A stretch of 64,000 bases of DNA from Myxococcota bacterium (GTDB lineage Bacteria; Myxococcota_A; UBA9160; UBA6930), in the NCBI GenBank assembly GCA_965223705.1, contig OZ245015.1, positions 4,416,001-4,480,000 on the forward strand, read 5' to 3'. Of the stretch, positions 57,985 through 64,000 are shown in pieces (positions within the stretch are counted from its first letter, which is position 1; each line of letters begins with the position of its first letter). Under the pieces are notes generated by a model. That model was not told where the DNA came from, ran no database searches, and saw nothing but the letters and a program-made list of their open reading frames with translations. Both the position numbers and the translations under genes were made by a program.

Positions 57985-58563
57985 GTGAGATCTTTCTACC
58001 AACACGTCGGACTTTTCTTTTCGGCTGTCCTGCTCGTTTCGGCCTCCGCGCCGAGCTTCGCAGACGACCACGAGGAGGCCGCAAAGAAGGGAGCGAATCC
58101 GATGGTGATCATGAAAACGTCGAAGGGCGAAATCCACATTGAACTCGATGCCGAAGCGGCGCCGCTCAGCGTCGAGAACTTCCTGCAGTACGTCGACGAC
58201 GGCTTCTATGACGGCACGGTGTTTCACCGGGTCGTGCCCGGATTCGTGATCCAAGGGGGCGGGTTCGTCGCGGACGGAACCCAAAAGAAGACGCGGCCGC
58301 CGATCAAGAACGAAGCGGAGAACGGTCTGAAGAACGATCGCGGAACCCTGTCGATGGCGCGCACGTCCGTCGTCGATAGCGCGACGTCCCAGTTCTTCGT
58401 CAACCTCGTCGACAACGATTTCCTGAACCACGGCACCCGCGATTTCGGGTACGCGGTGTTCGGTCGCGTCACCGAAGGCATGGACGTCGTCGACGCCATT
58501 GCCGAGTCGCCGCCGTCGAACCCGGGCGAGGGCGTGGTCATCGAGTCCGCCAAGCGCAAGTAG
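57985..58563 (+). CDS. ppiA: Periplasmic cyclophilin-type peptidyl-prolyl isomerase
   Basis: Signal peptide; [39 protein letters not shown]. Confidence 0.92.
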   Translation: MRSFYQHVGLFFSAVLLVSASAPSFADDHEEAAKKGANPMVIMKTSKGEIHIELDAEAAPLSVENFLQYVDDGFYDGTVFHRVVPGFVIQGGGFVADGTQKKTRPPIKNEAENGLKNDRGTLSMARTSVVDSATSQFFVNLVDNDFLNHGTRDFGYAVFGRVTEGMDVVDAIAESPPSNPGEGVVIESAKRK

Positions 58564-58581
58564 GGCTCGCGGGAGCACCGC

Positions 58582-59946
58582 GTGGGCGAAATCCCGGCGG
58601 GCTCCTTCGAAGCGCGCCCCCATCGAACATTCATCGGTCTCGCGGCACCCGTCGCGCTGACGCTCATCGCCGAACCGCTCGTGGGTTTGGTCGATACAGC
58701 CTTCGTCGCGCGGCTCGGAGCGGCGCCTCTCGCCGGGCTGGGCGCGGGAACCGCCCTGCTCTCCGCGGCGCTCTGGATCTTCAACTTCCTCGCGGTCGGC
58801 ACCCAGACCGAAGTGTCCCGCAGCCTGGGTGGCTCCGATCCGAGACGCGCGGGCGCGAAGGCCGGTGCGGCGCTCTGCCTCGCTGCCGGACTCGGTGTGC
58901 TCGCCGCTCTCGTCTTCGCGCCGCTCGCCGCGCCCCTCGCGGACTTCATGGGCACCCGCGGAGAAGCGAACGACGCGACCCGGGTCTATTTGTGGGTGCG
59001 TTTGCTGGGGGCGCCGGCGGTCCTCGTCACCATCGCAGGCTTCGGCACGCTGCGCGGCCTTCAAGACATGCGCAAGCCCCTGGTCATCGCGGTGGGCGTC
59101 AACGCGGTCAATCTGGTCCTCGACCCCTTGCTCATCTTCGGCGCAGGTCCCATTCCCTCGCTCGGAATCGCCGGAGCCGCCTGGGCGAGCGTCATCGCGC
59201 AGTGGTGGGGCGCCGCGTGGGTATGGCGCGCGGTCTCTCGCCGGCTCCCGGTTCCGTTCCGCCCGAGCGGAATCGAAATTCGTTCGCTGCTGCGGGTGGG
59301 ACTCGATGTCGCCCTGCGCACCGGCGCCCTCCTCCTGTTCCTGCTGCTGGCGACCCGGGCTGCGAATCAGCTCGGCCCCGAAGCGGGCAGCGCCCACCAA
59401 GCGGTGAGAAGCATTTGGGTGTTCTCGGCGTTTCTACTCGATGCCTTCGCCCACGCGGCTCAGACCCTGATCGGCTACTTCGATGCACGCGGCGAAGCGC
59501 ACACCACCCGCAAAGTCGCGCGGATCGCGTGCGGATGGGCGATCGCGACCGGGACGTGCCTGGCCGTCTTGTTCGTCATGTTCGAGTCCGGTATCCGTGC
59601 ACTGCTCGTACCGACGGAAGCACACGCCGTGTTCGGGACGGTTTGGACGATCGCGAGCTGGCAGATGCCGGTCAACGCACTCGTCTTCGCGACCGACGGA
59701 ATCCACTGGGGCGCGCGAGATTACGCCTACCTGCGCAACGGCATGTGGATCGCGCTCCTCGCGGGCGTCCTCGGACTCGTCCTCCTCGGACAATTCGCGC
59801 CGAGTCTCGCCTCGGTGTGGTGGGCGACGGCCTTCTGGATCTCGTTGCGCGCAGTGTTTGGAGTCGTTCGTATCTGGCCGGGAATCGGGAGCGCGCCCCT
59901 GCGCTATCCAGCCGCCGTCTCACCGGGAAACCCCCCTCTCGGGTAA
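58582..59946 (+). CDS. MATE family efflux transporter (DinF-like)
   Basis: EPLVGLVDTAFV, LRGLQDMRKP, NLVLDPLLIFG, GIAGAAWA. Confidence 0.9.
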   Translation: MGEIPAGSFEARPHRTFIGLAAPVALTLIAEPLVGLVDTAFVARLGAAPLAGLGAGTALLSAALWIFNFLAVGTQTEVSRSLGGSDPRRAGAKAGAALCLAAGLGVLAALVFAPLAAPLADFMGTRGEANDATRVYLWVRLLGAPAVLVTIAGFGTLRGLQDMRKPLVIAVGVNAVNLVLDPLLIFGAGPIPSLGIAGAAWASVIAQWWGAAWVWRAVSRRLPVPFRPSGIEIRSLLRVGLDVALRTGALLLFLLLATRAANQLGPEAGSAHQAVRSIWVFSAFLLDAFAHAAQTLIGYFDARGEAHTTRKVARIACGWAIATGTCLAVLFVMFESGIRALLVPTEAHAVFGTVWTIASWQMPVNALVFATDGIHWGARDYAYLRNGMWIALLAGVLGLVLLGQFAPSLASVWWATAFWISLRAVFGVVRIWPGIGSAPLRYPAAVSPGNPPLG

Positions 59947-59955
59947 GGTTTCCGG

Positions 59956-60618
59956 GTGTCCATGCGGTGGATGATCCGAACGGCGTGCGTGGTCCTCGTC
60001 TCGCTGGCAGCCTCCTCGAGCGCCATCGGCGATGCTTTCGACGAGCGAGCGACGCTCGACGTCCTTCAAATCCAGCTCATCGGGCGCGATCTCCACGCGA
60101 TCGACGCGCGCGGCGGAAACCTCATCGAACGTCTCGAGATCGGTGAGAGCATTCGCTGGCAGGGGTCTCGCGGACTGGTCGGCATGGTGTTGACGGACCG
60201 TCGGGTACTCGCCGCCTCGGCCCGTTCCGCTCGGTGGCAGAGCGAGCGTTATCTCCGAACGGAAACACCACCAGCGGATGCATTGCTCGGCGAACGAATC
60301 GCGGTGTGGCTGTCGAGCAAACGCGCACTCGTTCTCGACGGGCAGCAAGGCACCCTTTCGAGTGAAAGCTTGGGCCCGCTCGAACGGATCGTGGCCACGC
60401 GTTTGGGCGCGAACGTGGGCGTGGTCGTCACGAACCGCCGCGCGTTGGGAACCGCGCCCCGTCTGGGAGGGTTCGTTGGGATCCATCTGACACCGAACGA
60501 GGGACCGGCCGAGGTCACGGTAACGGGCAATGTCGCCACGGTCCTCACACGGCGTCGCTTGCTGACCTTTCGCGGCCCGGTGGGTTCTTGGGGGGAGCGC
60601 CGCCGCAAGATCCGCTAG
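59956..60618 (+). CDS. Exported hypothetical protein with ~39-aa internal repeats
   Basis: Signal peptide; four to five repeats of V(G/A)xVxTxRR(A/V/L)L. Confidence 0.7.
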   Translation: MSMRWMIRTACVVLVSLAASSSAIGDAFDERATLDVLQIQLIGRDLHAIDARGGNLIERLEIGESIRWQGSRGLVGMVLTDRRVLAASARSARWQSERYLRTETPPADALLGERIAVWLSSKRALVLDGQQGTLSSESLGPLERIVATRLGANVGVVVTNRRALGTAPRLGGFVGIHLTPNEGPAEVTVTGNVATVLTRRRLLTFRGPVGSWGERRRKIR

Positions 60619-60670
60619 CCGGAGGGGAGCGCCGCCGAAAACTCCGCTAGGTTCGTCTCGGGGGGCGCAA

Positions 60671-61984
60671 TTGCGAACAAACCCAACGACGGCCCGAACC
60701 GACTGCTTTGTCGTCCGCGGGGGGCGACCCATCCAGGGCACCCTACAGCCCGCCGGCAACAAGAACGAGGCCCTGCCGGTACTCGCGGCGACGCTGCTCG
60801 CTCCGGGGATCCACCGCTTGGAGAACGTTCCGGCGATCCGCGATGTCGCGACCCAGCTCGCGATTTTGCGCGATCTCGGCGTGGTCGACGCGACTCCGGG
60901 GGGTGATCTCCTCGAACTCGACACGCGATCGCTCGGCGGCGACGCGCTAGCCCACGACCTCGGGCGCGCGATCCGCGGCTCGTTTCTACTCGCTCCGGGG
61001 CTCCTTTCCCGCAACGGTTCCGCCGTTCTGCCCCGCCCCGGTGGCGATCGCATCGGACGCCGGCGCATCGATACGCATATCAGTGTCCTTCGAGAACTCG
61101 GCGCGCAAGTCGAGACCGACGAGCGTCAGTACCGGCTCCGGCTTCCGAACGGCTTCCGCGCCGCGGATATCTTTCTGGACGAAGCCAGTGTGATGGCCAC
61201 AGAGAACGCCGTCATGGCGGCGGCCGTCGCCAAGGGCACGACGCGCATCGCGAACGCGGCATCGGAGCCCCACGTACAGGGACTGTGCCGCCAACTCGCC
61301 GCCATGGGTGCCGACATCGAGGGCATCGGCACCAACATGCTGGTGATCCAAGGCAATCGCGAACTCACACCCGCGGAGCACCGAATCGGCCCCGACCACA
61401 TCGAAATCGGTTCCTTCGTCGCGATCGCCGCCATGACCGGCGGCGAGCTACGTATCCGGGACGTCGCCCCGAACGACCTCCGGATGATTCAGATGGTGTT
61501 CGCGCGCCTCGGGGCGACCATCGAGATCGAAGGCGATGAACTCTTCGTTCCCGGGAAGCAAGAACTCGTGATTCGCGACGATCTCGACGGAGCGATTCCG
61601 AAGGTCGACGATGCGCCGTGGCCCGGCTTTCCCAGCGATCTGACTTCGATCGCACTCGTCCTTGCGACCCAGTCAAAGGGCACGGTGCTGATCCACGAGA
61701 AGATGTTCGAGAATCGCCTCTTCTTCGTGGACCGCCTGATCTCGATGGGCGCGCGCGTCATTGTCTGTGATCCACACCGCGCCGTCGTCAGCGGCCCGAC
61801 GCGTTTACAGGGCGAGACCCTGAGTTCCCCGGATATTCGCGCCGGGATGGCGCTCGTCGCCGCGGCCCTCTGCGCGGAGGGACAATCCGTCATCATGAAC
61901 GCTTCGCAAGTCGATCGGGGCTACCAGGACATCGATGCGCGGCTGCGCTCCCTCGGGGCGGATATCTCGCGCACCCCTGAGTAA
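60671..61984 (+). CDS. murA: UDP-N-acetylglucosamine 1-carboxyvinyltransferase
   Basis: [53 protein letters not shown]. Confidence 0.95.
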   Translation: MRTNPTTARTDCFVVRGGRPIQGTLQPAGNKNEALPVLAATLLAPGIHRLENVPAIRDVATQLAILRDLGVVDATPGGDLLELDTRSLGGDALAHDLGRAIRGSFLLAPGLLSRNGSAVLPRPGGDRIGRRRIDTHISVLRELGAQVETDERQYRLRLPNGFRAADIFLDEASVMATENAVMAAAVAKGTTRIANAASEPHVQGLCRQLAAMGADIEGIGTNMLVIQGNRELTPAEHRIGPDHIEIGSFVAIAAMTGGELRIRDVAPNDLRMIQMVFARLGATIEIEGDELFVPGKQELVIRDDLDGAIPKVDDAPWPGFPSDLTSIALVLATQSKGTVLIHEKMFENRLFFVDRLISMGARVIVCDPHRAVVSGPTRLQGETLSSPDIRAGMALVAAALCAEGQSVIMNASQVDRGYQDIDARLRSLGADISRTPE

Positions 61985-61993
61985 ACTCGGGCG

Positions 61994-62557
61994 ATGCGTG
62001 AAACCCATCCCGACTTGGTCGAAGCCGACTCCGCGTTTCTTCTCGTCATCGATTATCAAGAGGGCTACCGCAAGGCGCTCCACAATTGGGACGGCACCAT
62101 CGCGCGAGCCCGCATTCTGATCCAAGCCATGGGCGTCTTGGGCATCCCGGTTCTCTACACCGAGCAATACCCGCAAGGCGTCGGACCGACGTGCGACGAG
62201 ATTCTCGACGCGTTGCCGGGGGACGCGAAGCGCTTCGAAAAGCGGACCATGTCCGCGATGGGCGCACCGGGCCTCGCGGACTGGATCGATCATCTGAAGC
62301 TACGCCACGCCATCGTGGCGGGCATCGAGACCCATGCGTGCATCAACCAGACCACGCACGAGCTGCTCGCCGCGGGTTATCGCGTGCACCTGCCGGTCGA
62401 CACCCTGTCGTCGCGGCAACCGTTCGAACACGAGCAAGGCCTCGCGAAGATGCGAGGCGCAGGCGCCCTGATGACAAGCGTCGAACAGTGCCTCCTCGAG
62501 TGCGTGCGGAGCGCCGATCATCCCGAGTTCAAGACCGTTCAACAACTGATCAAGTAG
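61994..62557 (+). CDS. Isochorismatase-family hydrolase (YcaC-like)
   Basis: [21 protein letters not shown]. Confidence 0.9.
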   Translation: MRETHPDLVEADSAFLLVIDYQEGYRKALHNWDGTIARARILIQAMGVLGIPVLYTEQYPQGVGPTCDEILDALPGDAKRFEKRTMSAMGAPGLADWIDHLKLRHAIVAGIETHACINQTTHELLAAGYRVHLPVDTLSSRQPFEHEQGLAKMRGAGALMTSVEQCLLECVRSADHPEFKTVQQLIK

Positions 62558-62657
62558 CCGTCCGAAAACGCTCGCAACGGGCACCGGTGTCGGGTTAGGC
62601 TGCTCGCCAGCCCGGGCAGGGCTTTGTTGCGTTCATTTTCTCGAGGGAGAACTGTTC

Positions 62658-63056
62658 ATGTCCATGATGTCCGAATTCAAAGACTTCGCGATGCGGGGGA
62701 ATGTCGTCGACATGGCTGTCGGCATTATCATCGGCGGGGCGTTCGGAAAAATCGTCAGCTCGTTCGTGAACGACGTGTTGATGCCGCCGATCGGCTTGTT
62801 GTTGGGGGGCGTTGACTTCTCGAACCTGGCGATGACGCTTCAGGAAGCGGCCGGAGAAGCGGAAGCGGTGACGCTGAACTACGGCATGTTCATCCAGACT
62901 GTGGTCGATTTCCTCATCATCGCGTTTGCGATCTTCATGGTGATCAAAGCCATGAACGCAGCAAAGACCAAGGAAGAGGAAGCCCCGGAGGCTCCGCCCG
63001 AGCCCTCGAAAGAAGAGGTCCTCCTCACGGAAATCCGGGACGCGTTGCGCCGGTAG
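62658..63056 (+). CDS. mscL: Large-conductance mechanosensitive channel
   Basis: [35 protein letters not shown]. Confidence 0.96.
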   Translation: MSMMSEFKDFAMRGNVVDMAVGIIIGGAFGKIVSSFVNDVLMPPIGLLLGGVDFSNLAMTLQEAAGEAEAVTLNYGMFIQTVVDFLIIAFAIFMVIKAMNAAKTKEEEAPEAPPEPSKEEVLLTEIRDALRR

Positions 63057-63089
63057 TCAAGCGTTTCTCGAACCGATGGGCGCGGTGCG

Positions 63090-63656
63090 CTACGGCGCGC
63101 CGCGCCCTGCTCGGTTTTCAAGGCCACGCTCGAGAGCGGAGACGAGCTGCGCCGGATCCCGGTAATCGTAGAAATACCGAAAGCGCGAGGGTGCGGCGGC
63201 GACGTCTTGAATTTCGCCGCTCGACGTGAGGAGCAGAGTGCGCGGCAGGTAGTCTCCATCGGGCGCGAGCAACCGACTCGTGGCGGGTTCTCGATCCTGA
63301 TTCACGCGAACCATCACGTACGACTCCGTTTTCTCTAAGACGGACGCCTCGTAAAAATTGCGACCGTACTGCTTGCAGTGGTGACACCAGTCGGCGTACA
63401 CGACAGCCAAGATGGGCTTTCCCTCTGCCGCCGCGACCTCGAGCCCTGCGTCATAGCGCAGCCACTCGACGCTGTCGTCGTTCCAATCGAGCTTGGTCGG
63501 GAGGGCGTGCCGCGCGTCGCGTGGTTTCTCTTCGCGAGGCGCGGCGGCGGTCGTTTTCGGCTTCTCGATCGGAAGCGATGGCTCGGGGGCCGGCTCGCTA
63601 CAACCGAGCAGCAGCGCCGTGGCGCCGATCAAGCCCCATCGATAGGCGCGTTCCAA
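63090..63656 (-). CDS. Thioredoxin-family lipoprotein (Thioredoxin_7, ERp18/AGR-like)
   Basis: Lipobox LLGC; WCHHC; PDGDYLPRTLL. Confidence 0.8.
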   Translation of the reverse strand: MERAYRWGLIGATALLLGCSEPAPEPSLPIEKPKTTAAAPREEKPRDARHALPTKLDWNDDSVEWLRYDAGLEVAAAEGKPILAVVYADWCHHCKQYGRNFYEASVLEKTESYVMVRVNQDREPATSRLLAPDGDYLPRTLLLTSSGEIQDVAAAPSRFRYFYDYRDPAQLVSALERGLENRAGRGAP

Positions 63657-63704
63657 CCGATCTGCCCTCCCCCGCTTCCGAGGGCAATCTCGCTCCGGAG
63701 ACGC

Positions 63705-64000
63705 TCAGGGAAGCCCCGGCGTGAGCAACGATCCGATCCGTCGGAGCGTGCCCCGCTGCCCGCTTTTCGCGATCGCTTTACGATACGCGTTGATGAGCCT
63801 AGCGGTTTCAGCCGGCCAGCTGGAACGCAGTGCGGTTTTGCGCGCCTGGCGCGCGAAATGCTCCCGCATCGTCTCGCGGTCGAGGACTTCGCGAACGCCC
63901 GCAATAGCACCGTCCAGATGCTCGGGATCGAACAGCATCCCGTTTTCCCCATGAGCGACGATATCGGGCAGCCCACCCGAGTCTGCAGCGACCACGGGTA
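63705..64000 (-). CDS. Glycosyltransferase family 4, C-terminal part (5' end outside window)
   Basis: PVVAADSGGLPDIV..GENGMLFDP; SWPAET...Y. Confidence 0.8.
   Translation of the reverse strand, partial: PVVAADSGGLPDIVAHGENGMLFDPEHLDGAIAGVREVLDRETMREHFARQARKTALRSSWPAETARLINAYRKAIAKSGQRGTLRRIGSLLTPGLP

Noticed and set aside
794..63995. Many long alternative-frame or antisense ORFs (e.g. 27868-29709, 44157-45845, 57604-59400, 19116-20690)
   Set aside because: Arg/Pro/Ala-rich shadows of real genes, as expected at high GC, with no recognisable motifs.
1..64000. Prophage, IS, integron, defence island, tRNA or rRNA
   Set aside because: No integrase, transposase, phage structural, nuclease or toxin genes recognised, no cloverleaf or rRNA-like stretches, and composition appears uniform.

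Overview
GC-rich, gene-dense bacterial chromosomal window with about 60 CDSs. I recognised no rRNA, tRNA, CRISPR array, integrase or IS element. Gene content (NqrA, three LLM flavin monooxygenases, Rieske oxygenase, TRAP transporter, CoA-transferase, amidohydrolases) suggests an aquatic or marine heterotroph such as Myxococcota/UBA9160 or Binatia; that assignment is inference only. Main features: (i) a 9-gene type IV filament operon (8418-17877, minus) combining an MSHA-type secretin, TPR protein and MshEN-ATPase with two enlarged GspG-like pseudopilins; (ii) a ~2,030-aa gingipain-like (C25) surface protein ending in a Cys/Gly-TM-Arg sorting tail instead of a T9SS CTD; (iii) an orphan mini-secretin; (iv) catabolic genes including an AbfD-type 4-hydroxybutyryl-CoA dehydratase, a Chloroflexus-type malyl-CoA lyase, and a Rieske-TRAP-CoA-transferase cluster whose DctP lacks the carboxylate-binding Arg and probably starts at CTG; (v) housekeeping genes (asd, asnS, hemH, metF, fbaB, mscL, nudC, and murA with the fosfomycin-resistance Cys-to-Asp change); (vi) several apparent leaderless promoters. 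All calls come from reading motifs by eye; no database searches were run.
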